A stretch of DNA of 64,000 nucleotides from the NCBI GenBank assembly GCA_964446685.1, contig CAYUPO010000004.1:20164-84163 (forward strand). The letters are read 5' to 3'. Of the stretch, positions 29,651 to 38,764 are shown one piece after another. The number at the start of each line of letters is the position of its first letter. The stretch's first letter is position 1. The notes beneath the pieces were generated by a model. The model was not told the DNA's origin, ran no database searches, and was given only the letters and a program-made list of their open reading frames with translations. Position numbers and translations under genes: made by a program. The DNA is from an uncultured Gammaproteobacteria bacterium (GTDB lineage Bacteria; Patescibacteriota; Microgenomatia; Daviesbacterales; UBA10151).

Positions 29651-30618
29651 CCTTTCATCCTCAGCACTTTCAAAACAGCTTTTTTAATGTCTTTATGGGT
29701 CAGGCCAAAATGTTTCATCAGCTCTATTGGCTCGCCGCTTTCACCAAAGCTGTCTTCGATCCCTATTCTGACTACAGGAACCGGATGATGTTCAGCTACA
29801 AGTTCTGCCACAGCTGAACCGAGTCCTCCGGCTTTTTGATGTTCTTCAGCTGTCACAATTGCTCCAGTCTCCTCAGCTGCTGCCAAAATAGTTTTCTGAT
29901 CAAGTGGTTTAATTGTGTGATTGTTAATAACCCGCACAGAAATATGATTTTCTTCTAACTCTTTAGCAGCCAAAAGAGCCTGGTAAACCATTACTCCACA
30001 AGCAATAATAGTAACGTCTTTTCCTTCTTTAAATACTTCAGCTTTACCAATTTCAAATGGTGTTTCTTCAGTAGTTACAACCTGAGATTTATCCCGGGAT
30101 AACCTGATATATGAAGGTTTCCCGTTTCTGGCAATTGCCTGAGTTGCTTTCTTTGCTTCAATTGCATCAGCCGGACAAACAACCACCATGTTTGGCAATA
30201 CCCGCATAATTGCCAGATCTTCCAGTGCCTGATGCGTCGCACCATCTGGACCAACTGAAATCCCAGCATGAGAACCAACAATTTTGACAGGCTGATCGTT
30301 ATAACAAATAGTAGTCCGGATCTGCTCCCAGTTTCTTCCAGGAGAAAAAGTCGCATAAGACGCCACAAATGGAATCTTCCCCACAGCCGCCATACCGGCA
30401 CCAACAGTCACCAAGTTTTGCTCAGCAACACCAACCTCAACAAATCGCTCTGGAAACTTTTTCTTAAATCCTTCCATCCGAGTTGATTCAGTCAGATCAG
30501 CACACAGAGCCACCACATTCTTATCAGCCTCCCCAGCCAACACCAACCCCTCACCAAAACCATTCCTTGTCGGAACCTGTTCAACATCTTCATCAAATAA
30601 TTTAGGATTTAATTTCAT
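29635..30618 (-). CDS. transketolase, C-terminal (pyrimidine-binding) subunit
   Basis: FVEVGVAEQNLVTVGAGMA motif; forms a split transketolase with the next gene. Confidence 0.85.
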   Translation of the reverse strand: MKLNPKLFDEDVEQVPTRNGFGEGLVLAGEADKNVVALCADLTESTRMEGFKKKFPERFVEVGVAEQNLVTVGAGMAAVGKIPFVASYATFSPGRNWEQIRTTICYNDQPVKIVGSHAGISVGPDGATHQALEDLAIMRVLPNMVVVCPADAIEAKKATQAIARNGKPSYIRLSRDKSQVVTTEETPFEIGKAEVFKEGKDVTIIACGVMVYQALLAAKELEENHISVRVINNHTIKPLDQKTILAAAEETGAIVTAEEHQKAGGLGSAVAELVAEHHPVPVVRIGIEDSFGESGEPIELMKHFGLTHKDIKKAVLKVLRMKGRGNF

Positions 30619-30633
30619 GACAAAAACCTCCAT

Positions 30634-30744
30634 TTGTCATCCTGAACTCTACCCTTGTCATCCTGAACTCGTTTCAGGATCTTCCCATGGGTAGTATCCG
30701 AAACAAGTTCGGAATGACAGATATTTGAAGATAAAAGTAAAGAT
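30634..30744. repeat. cluster of GTCATYC...GRAATGAC-type hairpin repeats
   Basis: ttgtcatcctgaactc twice, a cctgaaac/gtttcagg hairpin, and tccgaaacaagttcggaatgacag. Confidence 0.6.
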
Positions 30745-31632
30745 TTATTCATGCTCACTCCTAATTTTTCCTCTTAATGTCCTTAACTCTTTCAACGCTT
30801 CTTTAGCCTGCTCACCTTTTTTAGGAGCGCCTGGTACATCTGCAAGATCCGGTGGATTGCCATGCCATTTGTAATCATTTTCCATAAAATCAACCCCTTT
30901 TCCAGGAATAGTATGAGCAATGATCATTGTTGGCTTTCCATGAATTGCTTTCGCTTGTTCCGCCGCATCGACAATCTGCTGCATATTATGGCCATCAATC
31001 TCCAGCACATGCCAGCCAAAAGCTTCGTATTTATCTTTCAGTGAATCAAGCGGCATGATGTCTTCAGTAAAGCCATCTATCTGAATATTATTGCGATCCA
31101 TTATCGCCACTAAGTTATCCAGCTTATATTTAGCTGCAAACATCACAGCTTCCCAGGTATTGCCCTCATCGTGTTCACCATCACTGGTCAGGCAATAAAC
31201 CCGCCAGGGCTCATCATCCATTTTCCCAGCCAAAGCCATGCCAGCAGCTTGAGAAAGTCCTGATCCAAGCGGACCTGAAGTTGTTTCTAGTCCAGGCAAT
31301 GTTCCACGATGGGGATGTCCCTGAAGTTTAGTACCAAATTTACGTAATGTGGAAAGTTTTGAAACAGGAAAAAAACCGGCATGAGCCATAGTGCAATATA
31401 AAACCGGACAGATATGCCCATTTGATAAAACTAACCGATCACGCAGCTCCCACTCAGGTTGTTTTGGGTCAACATGCAGTAATTCAAAATACAAAGCAGT
31501 AAAAATATCAGCCATTCCCAAAGGTCCGGCCGAATGCCCGGAACCTGCTTCAACCAGCATCTTAATAATATCCTGACGGATAGTATTAGCTTTAAGTTCA
31601 AGTTCTTTGATACGGGAGTCAGTCAGTGACAT
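30745..31632 (-). CDS. transketolase, N-terminal (thiamine-diphosphate-binding) subunit
   Basis: GHSAGPLGMADI ... LSNGHICPVLY motifs. Confidence 0.85.
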   Translation of the reverse strand: MSLTDSRIKELELKANTIRQDIIKMLVEAGSGHSAGPLGMADIFTALYFELLHVDPKQPEWELRDRLVLSNGHICPVLYCTMAHAGFFPVSKLSTLRKFGTKLQGHPHRGTLPGLETTSGPLGSGLSQAAGMALAGKMDDEPWRVYCLTSDGEHDEGNTWEAVMFAAKYKLDNLVAIMDRNNIQIDGFTEDIMPLDSLKDKYEAFGWHVLEIDGHNMQQIVDAAEQAKAIHGKPTMIIAHTIPGKGVDFMENDYKWHGNPPDLADVPGAPKKGEQAKEALKELRTLRGKIRSEHE

Positions 31633-31689
31633 AGGCAGTAACTTTAGCTTACCGCTTTTAGCTTTTAGCGTCCAGCCCTAAGCAAACCC

Positions 31690-31925
31690 ACCGTCTGTGA
31701 TAGCACTGGGAGCAAGACCTTAAGTTACTTGGTATCAGAACGTACCGTCATTGCGAGGAGTGGATTCGACAAGCTCACCACGACGAAGCAATCTCGCAAC
31801 CAAGAATGAACTTAGTAAATTAGTTGATTCTTAGAAGCAGATTGCCGCGCGTTAATTCTTAGTATATTCGCTCGCCACGATCAGTTTCATGATTGTGGCT
31901 CGCAATGACGTTTCTTATTATTTGA
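31690..31925. repeat. composite leader repeat, copy 1 (upstream of tktA)
   Basis: Contains cgtcattgcgaggag..., gattgccgcgcgttaattcttagtatattcgctcgccacg and ggctcgcaatgacg. These are homologous to segments of 34090-34345. Confidence 0.5.
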
Positions 31926-31983
31926 GTTTTTAATACTTTGAATTTGTCTCGAATTTCGTACTTCGTAGTTAGAATTTAATCTA

Positions 31984-32661
31984 CTAGTTCATATAATTAG
32001 CAGAATCTTTTCTGGTTGTTTTAACATGGTCTCCATGATCTCCCCGCTGCAGCTCTTTTTCAAAGTCTTTTATAGCTTCAAGCACCTCTTCCGGAGATTC
32101 AACAATTTTAAAAACTTTACCTTCATCTTTTCTCATATGCATATTTTCCTGAAAAGCTTTGATGATCTTTTTCCAGAATTTTCCATATAAAATAAGCGGC
32201 TTATGATGACCAAAATAAAGTCTTGCGAGCCCCCAGGCCATGGCAAATTCTGAAATAGTACCAGTACCTCCATTAAAGACCACATATATCTGCCCTTCCC
32301 GCATCAGTGTTAAAGTCCGCTCAACATAACTGTCTGTTTTAATCTCCTCATCCATCACATTATCTTTGGATTTTCCCTCAAAATGCTTCATATCTTTAGG
32401 ATAAAGAGTCACACCGGTAACTCGTCCTCCTCCGGCTTTAGCCCCCAGTGTAGCTGCCAGCATGATTCCAGGGCCTCCGCCGTCAACTACTTCATAACCT
32501 GCTTCTGCCAACATCCGACATGTTTCGAAACAGTCTTTAAATTCCTGATCTTCAGGTTTACTGTCAGCATAGCCAAAGATAGCTACATGTGAGATAGATG
32601 GAGCTTTTTCTATTTTTTGTTTTTTACCCAAGAGCTTCCCAAATTTTTTCAAGATTTTCAT
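31984..32661 (-). CDS. LOG-family protein (TIGR00730; cytokinin riboside 5'-monophosphate phosphoribohydrolase-like)
   Basis: GGGPGIMLA and NGGTGTISE motifs. The exact start is uncertain, and the ORF overlaps the rpe 3' end. Confidence 0.75.
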   Translation of the reverse strand: MKILKKFGKLLGKKQKIEKAPSISHVAIFGYADSKPEDQEFKDCFETCRMLAEAGYEVVDGGGPGIMLAATLGAKAGGGRVTGVTLYPKDMKHFEGKSKDNVMDEEIKTDSYVERTLTLMREGQIYVVFNGGTGTISEFAMAWGLARLYFGHHKPLILYGKFWKKIIKAFQENMHMRKDEGKVFKIVESPEEVLEAIKDFEKELQRGDHGDHVKTTRKDSANYMN

Positions 32662-33256
32662 CAATATCTCCTTTCTGTAAATACGAACCAATTACCAGCC
32701 TTTCGGCTCCCGCTTCAATTAGTTTTAAGGCTGTTTCCAGATTAACACTGCCATCAACAGCCACTACTCCAACCATTTTTGAGGCATCTTTCACTTTATC
32801 ATATGTAGTTAAGAGAAAAGACTGACCTTGTTTGCCAGGATGGATCGCCATTACCTGCAAAACCTCAATTTTTTCAGAATATTTTTTTACCTCTTCTAAA
32901 GAAGTCTCCGGATTTATTGCCAAACCAGCAGACATCTCAGATTGTAAAATTAAATCCAAAGTCTCCATTACTTTTTCAGCTTCCAGATGAATAATAACCC
33001 GCTCAAAACCCTGCTCTTTCAGATCTTTGATCCAGTCAATCGGATTTTTAACCATTAAATGAGCTTCTTTGTGAAAAGGAATTTCCTGCGTTGCCAAGGA
33101 TGATGGCTGAATACTTTTTGTTTCAACCAGTTCGCCATCCATAAAATCAATATGCACCCATCCATCTTCCAAAGCCGACGCACTTTTCAGCTTGTTCAGC
33201 TGCTCAGAAAATTCAGATTCATTTGTAGCCAAAATTGCGGGAATTAGTGTAACCAT
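32624..33256 (-). CDS. rpe: ribulose-phosphate 3-epimerase
   Basis: HIDFMDGELV, MAIHPGKQGQSF and VAVDGSVN match the Rpe metal-binding and barrel motifs. Confidence 0.7.
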   Translation of the reverse strand: MVTLIPAILATNESEFSEQLNKLKSASALEDGWVHIDFMDGELVETKSIQPSSLATQEIPFHKEAHLMVKNPIDWIKDLKEQGFERVIIHLEAEKVMETLDLILQSEMSAGLAINPETSLEEVKKYSEKIEVLQVMAIHPGKQGQSFLLTTYDKVKDASKMVGVVAVDGSVNLETALKLIEAGAERLVIGSYLQKGDIDENLEKIWEALG

Positions 33257-33257
33257 A

Positions 33258-33362
33258 AGACAATTTGAAATTCACAATTTGAAATTTGAAGTTAATTTGA
33301 AATCTTTAAAATTTAATTTTGAAAACCAACTTTTCAATTCAAATTTCAAATTTCAAATTTCA
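33258..33362. repeat. AT-rich palindromic TTGAAAT/ATTTCAA intergenic repeat
   Basis: gaaattcacaatttgaaatttgaag ... caaatttcaaatttcaaatttcaaatt. Confidence 0.5.
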
Positions 33363-33364
33363 AA

Positions 33365-33823
33365 TTATTTTAATCTATACTGCTCTAGCTCTTTTAGCTT
33401 ATTTATCCGTCTAATATGTCTTTCTTCACCTGTGAAAGCGGTATTTAAAAATGTTTTTACCATCTCATAAGCAGTATCAGCTATCAGTACATCTGAAGCT
33501 AAACAGATGATATTGGCATCCTCATGTTCTCTGGACTGAGCAGCTCTTTTTTCATCAAATACCAGGCAGGATCTGACCCCCTTAACTTTATTTGCCGCCA
33601 TATCCACTCCAACTCCGGATCCGCAAATTAAAACCCCCTTGCTATCTGAATCCTCCGCAACAGCCTGTCCGACTGCCTGAGCATAATCAACATAATCATC
33701 GGCCGGATCCAAGTTTTCATTTCCCATATCTTCATATTCCAGTCCGTCAGCATCCATCCGCCTTTTTAGCTCTTCTTTTAATTCGAATCCTCTGTGATCA
33801 GCTCCGATATAAATCATGAACAT
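33365..33823 (-). CDS. rpiB: ribose-5-phosphate isomerase B
   Basis: IYIGADHRGFELKE ... VLICGSGVGVDMAANK; 152 aa. Confidence 0.85.
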   Translation of the reverse strand: MFMIYIGADHRGFELKEELKRRMDADGLEYEDMGNENLDPADDYVDYAQAVGQAVAEDSDSKGVLICGSGVGVDMAANKVKGVRSCLVFDEKRAAQSREHEDANIICLASDVLIADTAYEMVKTFLNTAFTGEERHIRRINKLKELEQYRLK

Positions 33824-34089
33824 AGCTTAGAACTTTTAGCTTTTAGTGTAAAGGGGCTGAAGATCGTCACCTATCTTCAGCGGGTGAAATACAACCACTC
33901 CGCACAGCGGAAACATAAAATACTTTTCACACAGAGATAGAGGAACTAACGCAGAGTATTAAAAATTTCCCTCATTTTTTTCCACGAAAAACCCCGCACG
34001 TAGCGGGGATTCTCGAGAACTCACTATTCAAGTAAGCTTGTTTAAAGTATCAATTTTTAAGACTTAGGTCAAGTACTACAAAATATATC

Positions 34090-34345
34090 ATTTGGGACAA
34101 TACGTCATTGCGAAGCAAGAACTTGTTCATTGCGAGGAGCGAAGCGACGTGGCAATCTCTCCTCTGCCTGTCATTCTGGCAACATAAATAGATTGACTGG
34201 AATAAAATAAGCCTTAACAATCAGCTGTCCAGAATCTTAACTAAGTTTGATTCTGGACAAGCCAGAATGACAATAGTTAATTGATTACCTGCATGTCTAC
34301 CGATAGGTTGCGCGTTGATTCTTAGTAATTTTGCTCCGCAATGAT
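34090..34345. repeat. composite leader repeat, copy 2 (upstream of rpiB-rpe-LOG)
   Basis: cgtcattgcgaagc...cattgcgaggagcgaagcgacgtggcaatc, tgtcattctggcaac...cagaatgaca and gataggttgcgcgttgattcttagtaattttgctccgcaatga, parallel to copy 1. Confidence 0.5.
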
Positions 34346-34436
34346 GAATTAGACTCCTTGAATTTCTTACACTGAATTGTTACTATAAAAACCAAATATA
34401 AACCGTAACTCTGCCTTATGTTGTGACACATGACGC

Positions 34437-35879
34437 ATGATACATGACTCACCAACTATGCCGCTGCCCAGCACACTCGTATTTCTTGACACTGAAACCA
34501 CCGGCGGAAGCCTGAGGACTGACCGGGTGATTGAGATCGGTATGCTTCGGGTGGAAAACGGTAAAGTTGTCAAAAAGTTTACTTCACTGATCAACCCTCA
34601 AAGATATGTCCCGCCGGAGATTGAAATGCTGACAGGTATTTCCGGAGCTATGGTAGACACTGCTCCAACTTTCTTTGAACTAAAAGATCAAATTCTGGAA
34701 ATGATGGAAGATGCTGTTTTTGTAGCCCATAATGCCCGGTTTGATTATGGATTTATTAAGACCGAATTTAAAAGGTTGGGAATAAATTTTTCTGCTAAAC
34801 ACTTATGCACTGTCAAACTTTCCCGCAATTTATATCCCCAATACAGTCATCACAATCTTTCAATACTAATCGAACGGCATGGATTCACAATTGAGAACCG
34901 CCACCGGGCTTTTGATGATGCTGAAGTACTTTGGAAGTTTTACCAGAAAATCCAGACAGAATTTCCAGCCGAACTAATTGAAGCTGCCGTCAGTAAAGCT
35001 CAAAAAAGACCAAGTATTCCGACCGGCCTTTCCGGAGATGATCTGGATGCCTTGCCGGAAAATCCCGGAGTTTATATTTTTTATGGAGAAAGTGGAATCC
35101 CACTCTATGTTGGAAAAAGCGTTAATATCAGGGACCGGGTTTTATCTCATTTTGCCGCTGATCACACCTCATCCCTGGAACTTAAAATTACCCAGCAAAT
35201 CAAATCAATCGAAACCATTCAGACCGAAGGAGAACTGGGAGCATTGCTTAAAGAAGCCTATTTGGTTAAAAAATTGCAACCACTTTATAACCGGAGGCTT
35301 CGTCAGAAAAATAAATTATTAGTCCTGAAATATAGCGAAAATGAACAGGGTTACTTTAGTTGTAACTATGGTATTCAAGACAATATAGACCCACAGGAAA
35401 TAGACAAGATTATCGGTGTTTTCAGAAGCAAAAAGTCTCTGCAGGAATTTCTCTTTTCAATTGCCAAAGAGCATAATTTATGTGAGAAATTACTTGGTGT
35501 AGATAAGACATCTTCTAGCTGCTTTGGATACCGTTTAGGAAGGTGTAAAGGAGCTTGCAGCAATAAAGAAAAACCTTTGTTTTACAATTTTAGATTTATG
35601 GAAATAATCGGTAAAATGAAGTTTAAAAAGTGGCCGTTTGAACAGCCAATTGTGATCGATGATTACAGCAATGACGGAACAACCAGGGACAGTTTTATTA
35701 TCAACAACTGGTGTGTTATCGGCAAAATGAATACCTCCAGTAACAAACTTGAAACAACTTTAGATATTGGTTTTAACCTGGATACTTATAAGATTCTAAA
35801 CTCCTGTCTGAACAAACCAAAGTACGCCAAACACATCCGCACCATCAACCAGGACCAAATGCAGTTGTTTCAGATTTAA
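34437..35879 (+). CDS. DnaQ-like DEDD 3'-5' exonuclease fused to a GIY-YIG nuclease domain
   Basis: Exonuclease motifs LVFLDTETTG ... FVAHNARFDYGF ... HRAFDDA, then the GIY-YIG motifs GVYIFYGESGIPLYVGKSVNIRDRVLSH. Confidence 0.7.
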   Translation: MIHDSPTMPLPSTLVFLDTETTGGSLRTDRVIEIGMLRVENGKVVKKFTSLINPQRYVPPEIEMLTGISGAMVDTAPTFFELKDQILEMMEDAVFVAHNARFDYGFIKTEFKRLGINFSAKHLCTVKLSRNLYPQYSHHNLSILIERHGFTIENRHRAFDDAEVLWKFYQKIQTEFPAELIEAAVSKAQKRPSIPTGLSGDDLDALPENPGVYIFYGESGIPLYVGKSVNIRDRVLSHFAADHTSSLELKITQQIKSIETIQTEGELGALLKEAYLVKKLQPLYNRRLRQKNKLLVLKYSENEQGYFSCNYGIQDNIDPQEIDKIIGVFRSKKSLQEFLFSIAKEHNLCEKLLGVDKTSSSCFGYRLGRCKGACSNKEKPLFYNFRFMEIIGKMKFKKWPFEQPIVIDDYSNDGTTRDSFIINNWCVIGKMNTSSNKLETTLDIGFNLDTYKILNSCLNKPKYAKHIRTINQDQMQLFQI

Positions 35880-36031
35880 AGTTTCCTATTTATCTTCTTT
35901 GTCATTCTGAAGCAAAGCTGAATAATATAATTCGAACCTACTTTTATAATCTTGTGTCTTTCACGATTGTTCAGCTTGGTTACTCTTATAAAACTTGCTA
36001 AGATAATCTAGTTAATTTTCCTGACAAATTT

Positions 36032-38665
36032 ATGCACGAATTTACCACTCCAATGATGAAACAATATATGGAAATTAAAAAACAGTATCAGGACTGTTTA
36101 CTGTTTTTCCGGATGGGAGATTTTTATGAACTATTTCTGGAAGATGCGCAGACTGGGGCAGAGGTATTAAATATTACCCTGACCGGCAGACCAAAAGGCA
36201 AAGACGGCAGAATTCCGATGGCCGGAGTTCCCTATCACGCGGTTGATATCTATCTGAATAAACTAGTCAAAGCCGGTTACAAAGTTGCCATTTGTGAACA
36301 GGTCAGCCTGCCCAATAAATACGGTATTATCGATCGCGAAGTTGTCAGGGTTGTCACTCCAGGAACAATACTGGATGAAAATGCTCTTGCCAAAAAAGAA
36401 AACAATTATATTGTCAGTTTAAATATTGAAAGTGGCACACTGGCCATATCATATGCAGATCTATCAACCGGTTTTTTTGCCGGATTTGAAAAAGAGATTG
36501 GGGAAAATATCGAACTAATTCATCAGGAAATCTCCAAAATCCATCCTGTTGAATGCATCCTGCCGGATGAGTTATATAACGATCCCGATGTTTTAAAAAT
36601 CTTAAGCCGTCAGAAAGGACTAAATTTATACTCATTTCAGGAATGGAATACATTTAGTACTCGTTCACATGAAGTACTCAAAGACTGTTTTGGCGTAAAA
36701 ACGCTAACTGCTTTTTCTCTGGATACCAAACCACTTCTGGCTCAGACAGCTGCAGCATTATTGGGATATTTCCAGCAGACCCAAAAAGCGGCTTTATCTC
36801 ATTTGAAAAAGTTTACTTATTTAAATGATGAAGATGTTTTATCACTGGACCGTTCAACCATTATTAACCTGGAACTTTTCTCCACAATCAGAGAACACGA
36901 CACAAAAGGCTCACTACTATTTGTCTTAGACCAGACAATTACTGCCATGGGCGGAAGGCTCCTCAAATCCTGGATCTCAAAACCTTTATCCCACAAAGAT
37001 GCGATTGAAGAGCGGTTTGATGCTGTTTCGGAAATCAACCAGACCAGTTCTCTTAAAGAAGATTTAAGAGATCAGTTAAAACAAATACCAGATATTGAAA
37101 GACTGCTTTCCCGGTTAAGTTTAAATTTAGGAAACGCCCGGGATATCGTCAATTTAAAAAACGCTCTTTTAATAATTCTGCAGGTAAAAAAATCTTTGCA
37201 CCAGACAAGATCCACCCTACTTAAGAAAACCATCAAAAACATCACTGAAAAACTATCTGAAGTTTGCTCACTTGTAGAAGCCAATATTGTTGATGAGCCA
37301 CCGATAGATACCAAATCAGGCGGAATTTTTAAAAGAGGCTTTAATTCAAAACTAGATGCACTTTATCATTCGATATCTAAAAGCAAAGATTGGGTTGCCA
37401 ATCTGGAAAAAGATGAAAGAGAAAGAACAGGTATCGGCTCTCTTAAAGTAAGGTTTAATAAAGTTTTTGGTTACTACATCGAAATCAGCAAATCAAATGT
37501 CAGTTTAGCTCCGGACAATTATCACCGCAAACAAACACTGGTCAATGGCGAACGTTTTATAACAGATGAATTAAAACATCATGAAGAAATTATTCTGACT
37601 GCTGAGGAAAAAATTAATGCTTTAGAGTATGAATTATTTTTAAAAACACTAAACCAAATCATATCTTTCACATCTGCAATCCAGGAAAGTGCCCAGGCCA
37701 TTGCCACAATTGATTGTTTAGCAAACTTTGCTTATCTAGCTGAAAAAGAAAAATATCAAAGGCCAAAACTAATCCTGTCCGGCGAAATGACGATCAAAAA
37801 TGGTCGCCATCCGGTGGTTGAAAAACTGTTAGACAGCGGACAGTTTGTGCCAAATGATGTTTTTTTTGACAAATCAAAAGCCCAGTTGCTACTAATAACC
37901 GGACCAAATATGGCCGGCAAATCTGTTTTTATTCGTCAAATTGCACTCATTACTCTGATGGCCCAAATCGGCTGCTTTGTCCCAGCAGAATCAGCAATCA
38001 TCACTCCGGTTGACCGGATCTTTGTCAGATCAGGCGCTTCCGATGTAATTACTTCCGGTCTTTCAACTTTCATGGTTGAAATGGTCGAAACAGCCTACAT
38101 CCTCAATAACTCAACTGAAAAAAGCCTAATTGTCATGGATGAAATAGGCCGGGGTACCAGCACTTACGATGGCATTTCACTGGCCTGGGCAATTGCTGAA
38201 TACTTAGTCACTCATTTTAAAATTCCACCTAAAACACTTTTTGCCACTCACTATCATGAACTACAAAAACTGGAAACATTTTTCCCCAGATCAGTCAAAA
38301 ATTATTCAATGGCCGTTGTTCAAAATGATGATCAACCAATTTTTCTTTATACAATTACACCTGAAGCCGCATCTCATTCTTTTGGAGTTGCAGTAGCCAA
38401 ACTAGCAGGGATTCCACCGGAAGTAATTCTTAACGCCACACAAAAATTAGGCAATCTTGAATCAAATAGTTCATATATTTCTCATGAAAAAACAGAGACC
38501 ACAGAAGACACAAATACCCTACTTGCCCGTGTCTTATTAAAAGAACTGGAAACAGTTGATATCTCCCTCATGACCCCACTGGAAGCACTAAATAAACTTT
38601 CTGAAATAAAAAATAAACTAAAACTCCTTCAGACTACCCATGATTCACTAATAAACACAAATTAG
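36032..38665 (+). CDS. mutS: DNA mismatch repair protein MutS
   Basis: N-terminal MKQYMEIKKQY..FFRMGDFYELF, Walker A GPNMAGKS, DEIGRGTSTYDG. Confidence 0.95.
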   Translation: MHEFTTPMMKQYMEIKKQYQDCLLFFRMGDFYELFLEDAQTGAEVLNITLTGRPKGKDGRIPMAGVPYHAVDIYLNKLVKAGYKVAICEQVSLPNKYGIIDREVVRVVTPGTILDENALAKKENNYIVSLNIESGTLAISYADLSTGFFAGFEKEIGENIELIHQEISKIHPVECILPDELYNDPDVLKILSRQKGLNLYSFQEWNTFSTRSHEVLKDCFGVKTLTAFSLDTKPLLAQTAAALLGYFQQTQKAALSHLKKFTYLNDEDVLSLDRSTIINLELFSTIREHDTKGSLLFVLDQTITAMGGRLLKSWISKPLSHKDAIEERFDAVSEINQTSSLKEDLRDQLKQIPDIERLLSRLSLNLGNARDIVNLKNALLIILQVKKSLHQTRSTLLKKTIKNITEKLSEVCSLVEANIVDEPPIDTKSGGIFKRGFNSKLDALYHSISKSKDWVANLEKDERERTGIGSLKVRFNKVFGYYIEISKSNVSLAPDNYHRKQTLVNGERFITDELKHHEEIILTAEEKINALEYELFLKTLNQIISFTSAIQESAQAIATIDCLANFAYLAEKEKYQRPKLILSGEMTIKNGRHPVVEKLLDSGQFVPNDVFFDKSKAQLLLITGPNMAGKSVFIRQIALITLMAQIGCFVPAESAIITPVDRIFVRSGASDVITSGLSTFMVEMVETAYILNNSTEKSLIVMDEIGRGTSTYDGISLAWAIAEYLVTHFKIPPKTLFATHYHELQKLETFFPRSVKNYSMAVVQNDDQPIFLYTITPEAASHSFGVAVAKLAGIPPEVILNATQKLGNLESNSSYISHEKTETTEDTNTLLARVLLKELETVDISLMTPLEALNKLSEIKNKLKLLQTTHDSLINTN

Positions 38666-38669
38666 GACA

Positions 38670-38755
38670 GATAGGCGTCATTCCCGCGAAAGCGGGAATC
38701 TGCAGTGTCTACTCTTAGGTATTTACAGATTCCCCTTTTCAGGGGAATGACGTAA
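38670..38755. repeat. pair of inverted GTCATTCC hairpins between mutS and mutL
   Basis: gcgtcattcccgcgaaagcgggaatc and, in the opposite orientation, gattccccttttcaggggaatgacg. Confidence 0.6.
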
Positions 38756-38764
38756 TCTATTACC

